Shown piece after piece: positions 13,130-25,549 of a DNA stretch of 64,000 nt (positions are counted from its first letter, which is position 1; the number at the start of each line of letters is the position of its first letter). The translations under genes were made by a program, and so were the position numbers. Under the pieces are notes generated by a model, which did no database searches, had not been told where the DNA came from, and saw only the letters and a list, made by a program, of their open reading frames with translations. Origin of the DNA: Octopus sinensis. Its lineage: Eukaryota. Where the stretch lies: positions 1 to 64,000 of the forward strand of contig NW_021835233.1 of NCBI RefSeq assembly GCF_006345805.1, given 5' to 3'.

Positions 13130-13540
13130 AGATGCCAGGACCCCTGGACTGGAGATACGTAAAAAGCACTATCCGAATCGTGGCCGAGGCCAGCGCCGCC
13201 TCGACTGGCTTCCGTGTCGGTGGCACGTAAAAAGCACCATCCGAATCGTGGCCGAAGCCAGTGCCGCCTTGACTGGCTTCCGTGCAGGTGGCACGTAAAA
13301 TGCACCAATCTGACCATGGCTGATGCCAGCCTCGCCTGGCACCAGTGCAGGTGGCACGTAAAAAGCACCCACTACACTCATGGAGTGGTTGGCGTTAGGA
13401 AGGGCATCCAGCTGTAGAAACATTGCCAGATAAGACCGGAGCTTGGTGCAGCCTTCTGGCTTCCCAGATCCCCGGTTGAACCGTCCAACCCATGCTAGCA
13501 TGGAGAACGGATGTTAAACGATGATGATGATGATGATGAT

Positions 13541-13545
<5 letters not shown>
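13130..13545 (+). mobile_element. RTE 3' UTR-derived element with (GAT)n tail
   Basis: Near-identical to 59370-59690; other copies ~45175-45425(-), 45895-46060(-), 48540-49075(-), 51690-51960(-), 54895-55075(-), 58333-58515(-). Confidence 0.8.
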
Positions 13546-13578
<33 letters not shown>

Positions 13579-13932
13579 GATATATATTCATTTAGCATCC
13601 ACTTATCCATGATTGCATTGGTCAGTTAGAATTTTGTTGAGACATATTTTCTATGGAATGATGTCCTTCCTGTCAGCAACCCTCACCTGTTTCCAAACAA
13701 GGTAATATTCTACCATGGCAAGAAAATGCTTAGTCTTTTACTTATTTCAGTCATTTGACTGTGGCCATGCTGGAGCACCGCCTTTAGTCGAGCAAATCGA
13801 CCCCAGAACTTATTCTTTGTAAGCCTAGTATTTATTCTATCAGTCTTTTTGCTGAACCAGTAAGTTACGGTGATGTAAACACACCAATATCGGTTGTCAA
13901 GCGATGTTGGGGGGACAAACACAAACACATAA

Positions 13933-13967
<35 letters not shown>

Positions 13968-14689
13968 CGACAAGCTTCTTTCAGTTTCCATCTACCAAAT
14001 CCACTCACAAGGCTTTGGTTGGCCCGAGGCTATAGTAGGAGACACTTACCCAAGGTACCTCACAGTGGGAATGAACCCAGAGCCATGTGGTTGGTAAGCA
14101 AGCTACTTACCACACAGCTACTCCTGTGCCCTCCTTGTTCATTTTTTATGGGAAAGGGGAAACAGACAGCACTCGCTTGCATGACAGTGATGCTCGTTTA
14201 CAGCTATCACTTAATGTCAAGCCAAGGACACACAAACACACACACACACAATTAGATTCCTATTCAAGGAAACCCACCTATTTGATCTTTATTTAAAACT
14301 CAGTAATTCTACTTTCACTTTCAAGAAAACCAAAATTAAACATCAAAACCTCATTTCACATATTTCCAAACGAAATAAATTGGTTCCACATCGAAGCTAA
14401 AATGAGTGAGATTTTAAGCAAAGCCAGGATTGAGTGCAATATGAACAGCACGGTTGAATTACAAGATAAATATTTTGGTGGTTGCTAGTACCAAATAATC
14501 CAAGATTTTTATCCTGGTGTTTATTTATCCAAGAACGGTTGTCTTCGTCTTCGTCTTCCTAGTGATTAATGCGTTTAACCAGGGCCACTTTTTTGTCTGT
14601 TTTTTTTCTCTTTCTTTTTATTATTTGTATCACATTTATCTCTGAAGGTGTTTTTGGCAAACCTCCATAAACTGACACCAATCTAAAAA

Positions 14690-15280
14690 ACTTCTTGTTC
14701 TTTTTCTTTACATTCTCTCACTCTCTCCCTCTCTGTCTATCAGTCTGTCTGTCTATTTGTCTGTCTGTCTTTCTCTCTTCTCTCAGCCTCTCTCTTTCCC
14801 TTCCTCTCACCTCTCCCCCTCATCATCTTCTCACCCACTCTTTCTCACTCCCCATCTCTCTCTCTTTCTCCTTTTTAATTTATATCCATATGTGTGTCTC
14901 TCTCTGTCTCTGTCTGTCTCACTTTCTCTCTTTCTCTCTCCCCCTTTCTCTTAATTTATGTCTGTCTGTCTCTGTTTGTCTACCTATCTGTCTGGCTGTC
15001 TGTCTGTCTATCTCTCTCTCCATCTTCTCCACTCTCTCTCTCTTTCTGCACTCATATAACTATCTATCTATCTCTCTTTCTGTCTCTGCCTGTCTGTCTG
15101 TCTCTCTCTTTCTCTCTCTCCCTTTCTCTTAATTTATATCTGTCTGTCTGTCTCTCTATCTCTCTCTCCATCCTCTCCTCTCTCTCTTTCTCTATCTTTC
15201 TACGCTCATATAACTATCTAGATGAGGAAGAGGGGACAATGGGATAGAGCAAGAGAAATGGCAAAAGAAATAGAGAAAGT

Positions 15281-15310
<30 letters not shown>
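14690..15310. repeat. CT-rich compound microsatellite with internal duplication
   Basis: (CT)n/(CTGT)n/(CTAT)n blocks, followed by (GA)n. Confidence 0.9.
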
Positions 15311-15312
<2 letters not shown>

Positions 15313-15939
15313 CAAAGTAAGAGAGAGATTCTTGCAGAGAGAGATTTCCATCTCATGTAGGTTATTCCTTCAGCAGCAAACCTCGTAGGAGTGAGAAGCT
15401 GGCAGTCAGTTTAGTAATTCTCACCTAAAAATAAAATCCCAAATAATTGCTGTAACTAATATAATATCTTCTCTGATCATCACGTTTATATCATTACACA
15501 GGCTTGAAGTTTAGTTGGTTGGTTGGTTGGTTGGTAACGATGGTAAGAAAACCAGCAAACCAGTTCTTGGCTAATGGCATCAGCCGCAATTAGAAACTGT
15601 GTTAAATAATAATGGTAAAAAAATGTCTTCTACCTGGTTAAGCAATATTTTTGTTGCGACATCTTGTAAAGAGATTATTAAGTTGCTTGCATTCTACCTC
15701 TTTTAGCTTTTATCTTTTTGCTTGTTTCTCTCGCTCAGGCTGTGGCCATGCTGGAGCACCGCCTTGATGAAATTTTAGCCGAACGCACCAACCCCCGATA
15801 CTTGTTAGTTTTTTTTTTCGTAAAGCTTGATGTTTTATCGCTGAGATATGGGAATGGAAATAAACCAACACCGGATGTCAAGTGGTGGTGGAGGACAAAC
15901 ACAGGCACAAAGCACACATACATATATGTATGTGTGTGT

Positions 15940-15975
<36 letters not shown>

Positions 15976-16168
15976 ATGTGTGTGTGTTTATATATATAAC
16001 ACAAAGTAAGATAGGGGTTATGGGTGTAACCCACTATGGAATAGTATTTATCCAATATACTGTTGGTGTATAATATTGAGGTTCTCATTTTGTTGAATAA
16101 ATAATCCAAAATTCTAATATCCGAAAGTTGATGAACAAACTAAACTTGTTTCTCCATTTCCTTATTTG

Positions 16169-16202
<34 letters not shown>

Positions 16203-16208
16203 ATGATA

Positions 16209-16664
16209 CAGTAAATCCTCGAGTATAGTCCACCCTTGAGTATAATACGCACCCCTTCTCTAACTTGAGTCAAGGAGGTCTATATAACGTCCTTGGTTTG
16301 TAAAAATGTATACAGTAACGTCCTTTATTATTATTGTATATATAACATAATGCAAACGTGTAACTTTTTTGTGCATTTGGTTTGCAGAAAATAAAGAAAT
16401 AACAGTAATAACGTTTAGTAAATGTTGCTTACTGCAAGTTATGGATGATTCTTTTATGACTTCATTGCTTTCAGGATTAGCTTAAGGTATTTTTGTACCC
16501 GACATCACAAAATGCATCTGAATAAACATTTCCGGACAGCAAATAGAGACTCGGACATTGCTTAGAAAATATTTTTCATTTTTAACCTCATATATAGTAC
16601 GCACAAGGGATTTTGACCTTTAAACTTTGTGAAAAAAATGCGGATTATACTCGAGGATTTATGG
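16209..16664. mobile_element. pogo/Tigger-like MITE with TA target duplication
   Basis: TA|CAGTAAATCCTCGAGTATA...TATACTCGAGGATTTATGG|TA; second copy in opposite orientation at 51137-51647. Confidence 0.8.
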
Positions 16665-17002
16665 TATTTATGTGGAGGCGCAATGGCCCAGTGGTTAGGG
16701 CAGCAGAGTCGCGGTTTCAATTTCCAGACCGGTTGTTGTGAGTGTTTATTGAGCGAAAACACCTAAAGCTCCACGAGGCTCTGGCAGGGGATGGTGGCGA
16801 TTCCTTCTGTACTCTTTCGCTCACTCTTTCTTCTGTTGGCCTGCTCGCTTAGCCAGCTGGGTGGCGTCATTTGAAGGCTAAACAATGCGAAGCACATTGT
16901 GACCTGCGATGTGTAGCAACATCTGATAGCCTGGTCGGTCACGGTGATCACTGTGATATATATATATATATATATATTATCATCATATAAATATACATAT
17001 AT

Positions 17003-17073
<71 letters not shown>

Positions 17074-17274
17074 ATACATGATGTATATATATATACATGT
17101 GTATATATATACATGTGTATATATATATATATACATGTGTATATATATATATTATATATATATATATATATATTGGCCTGCTTGCTTAGCCAGCGGGGTG
17201 GCGTCATTTGAAGGCTAAAACATGCGAAGCGCATTGTGACCACTGATATGTAGCAACATCTGATAGCCTGGTCG

Positions 17275-17334
<60 letters not shown>

Positions 17335-17874
17335 TATGTATGTGTCATATATGTATGTGCAAGTAAAAGTACCCACTACACTCTCGGAGTGGTTGGCGTT
17401 AGGAAGGGCATCCAGCTGTAGAAACTCTGCCAGATCAGATTAGAGTCTGGTGCAGCCATCTGGTTTGCCAGTCCTCAGTCAAATCTTCCAACCCACTATA
17501 TAGCGGGACAGTAATGTGATTTGAGTGAAATTGACTGTTGTTTCTAGAAGGCCGAGTGACCATGTAGAGGCTTCCTCGTTACCTCATGCACTCACTTTTA
17601 AAATCAATAGACAAATTGGAGTTCATGGAAGTCAGACAACGCTGGCGTCATCGCGAAGATAACGACAATAAAAATAGAAAAATTACTTCAGGAATAGATA
17701 AAAAATAAATCTATATTGTGACAGATCTTTATAAAGCAGGTCACGAAATGTGACGAAAATCTTGGATAAGCTATAAATGCTTTCTGATCGAATAACAAGG
17801 CCATCAATTTCTTCGCTGGTGAAGGGATCAGCCGATATCATCAACCCCAGTGCGTGACTGGTATTTTATTTACT

Positions 17875-18457
17875 AAGGCACCAAGCTGGCAGAATTGTTA
17901 GCACGCTGGGCGAAATGCTTAGCAGTATTTCGTCTGCCGCTACGTTCTGAGTTCAAATTCCGCCGAGGTCGACTTTGCCTTTCATCCTTTCGGGGTCGAT
18001 TAAATAAGTACCTGTTATGCACTGGGGTCGATATAATCGACTTAATCCGTTTGTCCTCTCTGTGTTTAGCCCCTTTTGGTTAGTAAAGAAATAGGTATTT
18101 CATCTGCCACTACGTTCTGAGTTCAAATTCCGCTGAGATCGACTTTGCCTTTCGTCCTTTCGGGGTCGATTAAATAAGTACCAGTTACGCACTGGTGTCG
18201 ATGTAATCGACTTAATCCGTTTGTCTGTCCTTGTTTGTCCTCTCTGTGTTTAGCCCCTTTTGGTTAGTAAAGAAATAGGTATTTCGTCTGCCGCTACGTT
18301 GTGAGTTCAAATTCCGCCGAGGTCAACATTGCCTTTCGTCCTTTCGAGGTCGATTAAATAAGTACCAGTTACGCACTGGGGTCGATATAATCGACTTAAT
18401 CCGTTTGTCTGTCCTTGTTTTTCCTCTCTGTGTGTAGCCCCTTGTAGTAAAGAAATA
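17875..18457 (+). mobile_element. tRNA-derived SINE family A, head-to-tail trimer within a 15-bp TSD
   Basis: One head (..AGCTGGCAGAA..GTTAGCACG..), three body+tail units; GGTATTTTATTTACT at 17860-17874 and 18458-18472. Confidence 0.88.
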
Positions 18458-20187
18458 GGTATTTTATTTACTTATTCATTTTATACCTAGCTGGCCCCGT
18501 GCCATCAAAAAATAACGGCTAATTGTAGTATTTTATTTATAAATTTGCGATTTCGGCAAAAGAGACTGATAGAATAGTACTAGGCTTACAAAGAATAAGT
18601 CCTGGGGTCGATTTGCTCGACTAAAGGCGGTGCTCCAGCATGGCCACAGTCAAATGACTGAAACAAGTAAAAGAATAAAAAAGATTATAAAATGTATCAT
18701 ATTGCCTTTTTTTTCTTGTTATTTTCACTGCTATAAAAGAGGAACATATTATTTATTTGATTACTGAATAAAAAGGAAGAAATGACCACAGTTGTATTGC
18801 TGTACCCTTATTATCTTAACTCTTATTATCCTAACGGTGTTATATGGCACCTGGGTTTATTTAAGAATGTATTTTGAATTTTTACATTTCTGGCTTCAAA
18901 TCAATGTAACTGGTGTTTAAACGAACCCGTAAACAAAGATTCAGTAAAAACAGAAATATAAAGTTATTCTTGCAACAAATTGGTTAATGTCTTCCAAGAA
19001 GGGAACAAATGGAATTATATGTGAGCAGAACTCACGACAACTAACTTTCTATCATTAAATTCCTTCTATCAGTAAAAAAAGAGAGAAAGAGAGATTTGTG
19101 AAAAGTAATCTAAGGGAAATAACTTTTGTATAGCTTAAATTTTATGATTCTCATAGTTACTTACCGTTGTTATATTAAAAACGAAGCACTTCTTTTTCGT
19201 TTCGTTATAATATTCCAATCCTAAATTTTGCATTACTTTATCAACCCCTGTGGCATTTGAACCCAGATCAGAAAGAGTCGTAACTTCAATCGTACTTTTT
19301 ATTTCTTCTCAACTTTCTTCGTAGTTCAGAAGTTGTCCTGGTAGACTTTGCCTTCCATTTTTCCGGAGTTGATGAAAGAAGAACCAGTCAAGGACTGGGG
19401 TTGATTTAAAAGACGAACCTCCTTTCTATATTATAGGCTTTGTGCCAATCCTTGTTTTATCTTTTAGTTGACTCAATCATTAGACTGCGGTCATGCTGGA
19501 GCACCGCCTTGAAGAAAAACCGACCGCCAGGGCTTATTATTTTTTTTAAAGTCTGGTACTTATTCTATCGGTCTCTTTTTACCGATCCGCTATATTAGGA
19601 ATCGGTAAACACACTAACACCTGTTTTCAAGCATCGGTGGGGGACAAGCACAGACACACACGCCCACACACTCACACGACGAGCTTCTTTCAGTTTCAGT
19701 TTCTCAAATCTACTCACAGGGCTTTAGCTCGAGGCTATCGTAGAAGATACATGCCCAAGGTGCCACGCAGTGGGACTGAACCCGGAACCATGTAGTTGGT
19801 AAGCAAGCTTCTTACCGCACACTCACTCTTGCACCTATGTTAAACCCTTCTGAGTGCAAATTATATATACTGCCTTTGATAATTATATACACTGCATTTG
19901 ATGGTATATAAGAAGCATTTTCTCCAAATAAATATCACAAAACATCACACCGACTCGTTTATGCAAAGTGGGGACCCGCATAGATTATTTTAAAAATTCC
20001 TGAATATTGCAATACGTGCCTGCTGAAATTGGGGTTTGTCTCTTATGTCATCATCGAATAAGGTACAGAGGAGGGCAGCCGAATCAAACACCCTTATATA
20101 CCAAATATACCAACAGCTGGGAAAAAGGTAAAAACAGGAGTGGTGATGTGAAACACCTCCAGACTGAGGAAATCAGCAAAACCACAG

Positions 20188-20236
<49 letters not shown>

Positions 20237-20555
20237 CTCGAAAGACACCTGTTGTTAATGTCCTGTTGTTTGCATTTGTATTTGTGTAACATTTCTCCGG
20301 GCTTTTTTTCGCCCTTGTTTTCGTATACATTCGCTGCCTTCTTCCGAGAAATCTAGTGCGCTTGGCTTAGATTTTCCTTGAGGGATGGCCAGATTGGAGC
20401 AGTCTCGAGTATAACCAGTTGTAACTGCAAATCAAATCTGGAACTCGACTGACGAAAGAAAACTCCGAATGACCCGTCCTTGTTTTTTCTTGTTCCTCTT
20501 TTGTATCATCTAACAGTCTGGATGTTTTGCGTTCTTGTCCCATTTTTTGTATTCT

Positions 20556-20588
<33 letters not shown>

Positions 20589-20599
20589 ATGACCTGAAA

Positions 20600-21000
20600 A
20601 AATAATCTGTTAACTGAAGCGATCAGATTGGTGTATTACACACGTAGCACTCCAATATTTATTGTATATAGTTTTGCAGAAGGCTATTCTGAGATATTTT
20701 CAGTCATAGCCACAAATTTTCAGGACTTGGTTGATGAGGCCCTTGTCAAGGGATTGCACGCGGCCTCGTTCCCTATCGAAGTCGGCTGCCGCTTCTTTCC
20801 AGCGAGTTCAGTGCACCATATCCTGTAGAAGATTGGTCTGGGATTCAGTCAGTCGAAGAAAGCCTCTAAGGCGATAGGCATTTCAGCTGAAACCGGCTCA
20901 AAGGGGTTGTGGCTGAGAAGAGACAGCAGGTGAAACCCTCCCGTCAGCGAAAATTTATTCAGTCCTCGCTGCCCCACTCTAGTGAAGCTTACAGGTTATG
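20600..21000 (+). mobile_element. Relic of a restriction-like-endonuclease LINE (Hero-like) C-terminus
   Basis: FQDLVDEALVKGLHAASFPIEVGCRFFPASSVHHIL*KIGL resembles the Hero-clade P(I/V)EVGCRGF RLE motif. Confidence 0.6.
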
Positions 21001-21184
21001 GGCGAAAAGCGGCTCACCTTGAGATATCTGCTAATGATATGGAAGAGTTTCTGACACTACCATGGATTCACAAGAAGAGTTTACAATACCTCTGATTAGC
21101 ACCTACAGTTTCTACATGGGACAAATCATTATCTCCGATCTGTATCTCACCTGTACATGTTTATTTAAAACTTAGTCAGGTTTA

Positions 21185-21590
21185 AGGTGGCAAGCTGGCA
21201 GAAACGTTAGCACGCCGGGCGAAATGCTGAACAGTATTTACGTTCTGAGTTCAAATTCCGCCGAGGTCGACTTTGCCTTTCATCCTTTCGGGGTTGATTC
21301 AATAAGTACTAGTTACGCACTGGGGTCGATATAATCGACTTAATCCGTTTGTCTGTCCTTGTTTGTCCCTTCTGTGTTTAGCCCCATGTGGGTAGTAAAG
21401 AAATAGGCATTTCATCTGCCGCTACGTTGTCAGTTCAAATTCCGCCGAGGTCGACTTTGCCTTTCATCCTTTCAGGGTCGATAAATTAAGTACCAGTTAC
21501 GCCCTGGAGTCGATATAATCCACTTAATCCGTTTGTCTGTCTTTATTTGTGCCCTCTATGTTTAGCCCCTTGTGGGCAATAAAGAAATAG
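21185..21590 (+). mobile_element. SINE family A dimer
   Basis: Head plus two units joined at AAAGAAATAGGCATTTCATC. Confidence 0.8.
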
Positions 21591-22254
21591 ATATGTATAT
21601 ATATATATATATACTTGTTTGTGTGTGAGTCTGAGTGTATACGTGCGTGCGTGCGTGTGTGTGTATGTGTGTGCTTGTGTGTGAGGGTATGTGTGTACTT
21701 GTGTAAGGATGTGTGTTTATGTGTCTGTGTATGCGAGACACTGAAAGTGAACGTATGCACGTGTGTGCCCTTCTGTGTATGCGAGTGAGTGTACGAATGT
21801 GTGTGTGAGACTGTGTGCGCATTTGTGTGTGCGTGTGGGCGTGTATATGAGTGTGTGTGCTTGTGTGTGTGTATGCGTATGCACGTGAATGTGTGCATGT
21901 ACTTTTGAATGCCGTTAAAACCTCGCCACTCTGTTTACAACAGCGAGAAGTCTCTAAGTGGCGGGTCGACGTGACATTGTAAACAGACTGACGGAAAAAT
22001 CAATACTAGAAATTACTATTACGTAATCTATGCCAATATCGATTTATCTGGATGATTTCTTCAGGACGTTGACCTCGCACGATGTTTTTTTTTTTTTTGA
22101 AATCTTTCCATGGCTAAATGCCAAACAGCATTTAGTTGCGTACCTATGCGTCGTGAGTTCAAATAACGCTGCGAGCTTGTTTCATTTATATTTTCCCAAT
22201 CGTCTGCGCTACGTGTGTTCGCGTGCGTAGGTGTGCGCTTGTATTCATATACAT

Positions 22255-22585
22255 ATATATACTCAGTGGTTAAAGCGTAGAGCTTGCGATCGTGAGGTTG
22301 TGAGTTCGATTCCCGGACAGGGCTGTGTGTTGTGTTCTTGAGCAAGACACTTTATTTCACGTTGCTCCAGCTAACTCAGCTGTAGAAATGAGTTGCGATG
22401 TCACTGGGGCCAAGCTGTATCGGCCCCTTTGCCTTTCCCTTGGATAACATCAGTGGTGTGGAGAGGGTAGGCCGGTATGCATGGGCAACTGCTGACCTTC
22501 CACAAACAACTTTGCTCTGACTTTTGCCTCAGAGGGTAACTTACTAGGTGCAATCCCATGGTCATTCATGACCCAAGGGGGTCTC
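22255..22585 (+). mobile_element. tRNA-derived SINE family D
   Basis: CTCAGTGGTTAAAGCG..GAGTTCGATTCCCGGAC head, CTTGAGCAAGACACTTTATTTCACG core; second copy ~23270-23600, 3' fragment ~8520-8705. Confidence 0.78.
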
Positions 22586-22669
22586 CTCCTCCTCATCATC
22601 ATTATTATTATTATTATTATTAATATTATTATTATTATTATTATTATCATTATTATTATTATTATTATT

Positions 22670-23223
22670 GAGTGAGAGAGCAGTTCATGCCATCAAAGTG
22701 ACACTGGGGTAAAATATACGAAGCCCAGTATACCCATCATGACTACCCGTCTGATAAGGGTACACCAGGCACATGCATCACAACCATATGTGCGCGACAT
22801 GGTGATCTCATATCAAGATAAACAGCACATGACCTTGCAGGTGGGGCCCAGTTAGAATTTTCTTCAGGTTGAGTAGCCCTTCCCGCTCGAAAGGTCCCTG
22901 AATAAGGGTTGTTTAAGGATGTTGAAAGAACCACCCATGTTTCCAGAGGTGAATTATCCAAACCCCAAAGAATCCCTCTCAACACATGGCTATGATGCTC
23001 CCCCACTACTTCTGCTCGTGATCAGAGATGTACATATCGTCAGCCACTAAGGGACATGCTCAATTGGTTAAGCTCAAACAACTGACAAGCAAATCTGTGG
23101 TATTGAGCAGAATATTTGCTGTAGCCCATCTTTTATACCAAGACAAAACAATGTACATGATAACACTTCCAATCAGTTAAGATCAGAAGCCATGAGAGCC
23201 ACTGCCTGGTACTGCATCAGGGC

Positions 23224-23227
<4 letters not shown>
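22670..23227 (-). mobile_element. ~560-bp non-coding element embedded in a (TAA)n microsatellite
   Basis: Flanked on both sides by (TAT)n; its 3' end recurs at 60034-60126 (+), again followed by (AAT)n. Confidence 0.7.
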
Positions 23228-23254
<27 letters not shown>

Positions 23255-24107
23255 GTTGTTGTTGTTGTGAAGGTGCATGGCTCAGTATTTAGAGCAGCAA
23301 GCTTACAATCCTGAGGTTGAGAGTCCGATTCCCAGACCGGGCTGTGTGTTGTGTTCTTGAGCAAGGCACTTTATTTCACGTTGCTCCAGTTCTCTCAGCT
23401 GTAGAAATGAGTTGCAACATCACTGGTGGTAAGTTGTATCGGCCTTTGTCCTTCCCTTGGATAACATTGATGGCATGGAGATGGGAGGCCAGTATATGCA
23501 TGAGCGACTGCTGGTCTTCCATAAACAACCTTGCTGGACTTGAACCTTTGAGTGTAACTTTCTAGGTGCAATCCCGTGGTCATTCATGACCGAAGGGGGT
23601 CTCCTCCTCCTCCATATACTACACACATTAATGCGCGTGCGTGCGTGTGTGCCCTACTGTATAAATGCGAGTGTATGTGGTTATGTATGTTGAGCCCCGA
23701 AAGGCTCTGAAACGATGCGTCCTCCAGAAAAACGAGTTTGGTTTTCGAGATCTGCGTCCTAAGGAGAATGTTATCCGTAAATAATAATAAAAATTATATA
23801 AATTCTACGAGGAAGACCTCGACTTTTAGGTTTACAAATCTCACAGTCTATCACCATCAATCTATTTCTCTCTATATTTTACTCCCCCTCTCTCTCTCTC
23901 TCACTCTCACATCCTCTTTCACACACTTTCTCTCTCTCTTTCTCACACTCTCTCTCACACACACTCTCTCTCCATTTAATGAAGGTCATAGTGTGTGATA
24001 TGAGGTATATTTAGCCGCTATTTTTAACAGGTTGACCCCTCTGGACAGAAGCTGCTTCGTTTGCACATGTAGAGTAACAAAAGGGAGAACCCTAACCCTA
24101 ACCCTAA

Positions 24108-24188
24108 TTTCTCACTCTCTCTCTCTCTCACACACACACACACAAACTCACTCCCTCTCTCTTCCTCTCTCTCTATCTCACTCCCTCA

Positions 24189-24232
<44 letters not shown>

Positions 24233-24281
24233 AACTCACTCCCTCTCTCTTCCTCTCACTCTTTCCCTCTCTCTATCTCAC

Positions 24282-24320
<39 letters not shown>

Positions 24321-24374
24321 AACTCACTCCCTCTCTCTTCCTCTCCTCTCACTCTTTCCCTCTCTCTATCTCAC

Positions 24375-24413
<39 letters not shown>

Positions 24414-24461
24414 AACTCACTCCCTCTCTCTTCCTCTCACTCTTTCCCTCTCTCTATCTCA

Positions 24462-24505
<44 letters not shown>

Positions 24506-24590
24506 ACTCACTCCCTCTCTCTTCCTCTCACTCTTTCCCTCTCTCTATCTCACTCCCTCACTCTCTCCTCTCTCTCTCCCTCCTTGTATA
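24108..24590. repeat. Higher-order (CT)n(CA)n compound microsatellite (~65-75-bp period)
   Basis: (CT)n(CA)nAACTCACTCCCTCTCTCTTCCTCTC repeated about 5 times. Confidence 0.9.
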
Positions 24591-24649
24591 TGTTCTCTCA
24601 TGCATTGCTTTTGTTTTGTTTAAAATCTCGTGCATATAGTTGCATATAT

Positions 24650-25549
24650 ATTTAAATGCTAAACTGGGAAGTTTTACAGATTTTTACAGTTCCAGTGTTG
24701 GATTAGATCTGTAGTCTTTGAATTAGCTTTCTCCTTTCTGGTTTTGAGAAGCCTAATTTCTCAAGATTGGTATTTAAGCAGTGTGTGACATATCCCAGGG
24801 CCCCAATGATTACAGGTATAAACCTGAATTTGTAATCTCGATAGAGTAACTGCAGATTTCTCAAAAGCTCAGCACAGGTGTTCTCTTTATCACTGATCTT
24901 CAGCTTTATGTTAACATCCACTGGGCAGCTAATGTCAACAACTGTGCACAGTTTCTCTTCTCTATCCCAAATCATTACATCAGGTCTGTTGTGCTTACAT
25001 TTAGTGAGGTCTTCACTGGGACATTTCACCAGCATTCCTTTTTATTATGAGTGGCTATAGCTTCTACCATACTGTGGGTCCTTATTTCTTTGTCCTCGGG
25101 ATTATCCTTCTGACGGATTTCATTATAGAATGTCCTAGTTAAATGTCATGTCTCATCGGCAGATAATACCATGATGACATTTTCAGACAACTGCTTATGA
25201 TGTGGGTGATATCTTCAGTTTGAACTCCACAAAGTCTGCATCGGTTGTCACATTTTACGGTTTTTTCTGCGTCTCTATCCCTTTTGTGCATCAGGTACTT
25301 GGTTGATATTTCCTGTTCCTGGGTAGCAAACGCTTACCCTTGAAGGTGGGAGGTAGTGATCCGGCTATTGGTCCATGATAAGCTGCTTTCATAATCGATG
25401 TTACTATCATCACAGATCTTTCTACTAACATATCCATGCATAGTCTTCTGCTCATATAGGCTCATCCTCTCATCTGATGATATGTTGCGGTAGAGTCATG
25501 CGACTTCTTTGGGCATGTATTCTAGATTATCAGACAAAGAGTGTTGCTC
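24650..25549 (-). mobile_element. R4/Dong-like RLE LINE 3' fragment (CCHC + restriction-like endonuclease)
   Basis: KTMHGY, QEQEISTKY, CRLCG..EDITHIISSC, KHNRPDVMIWD..VDISCP..K, IPVIIGALG; a 108-bp piece (25442-25549) recurs at 28131-28238. Confidence 0.8.

Noticed and set aside
15330-15440. Possible minus-strand exon (TTTTATTTTTAG acceptor)
   Set aside because: Stops occur in all three frames within about 20 codons, with no donor or recognisable homology
17627-17710. Short ORF MEVRQRWRHREDNDNK...
   Set aside because: 27 codons, no splice donor and no recognisable homology
22255-22325. tRNA-like sequences (also at 8206, 16672, 23270, 47985, 63635)
   Set aside because: They have A/B boxes but no closed cloverleaf and continue into SINE bodies, so they are SINE heads rather than tRNA genes
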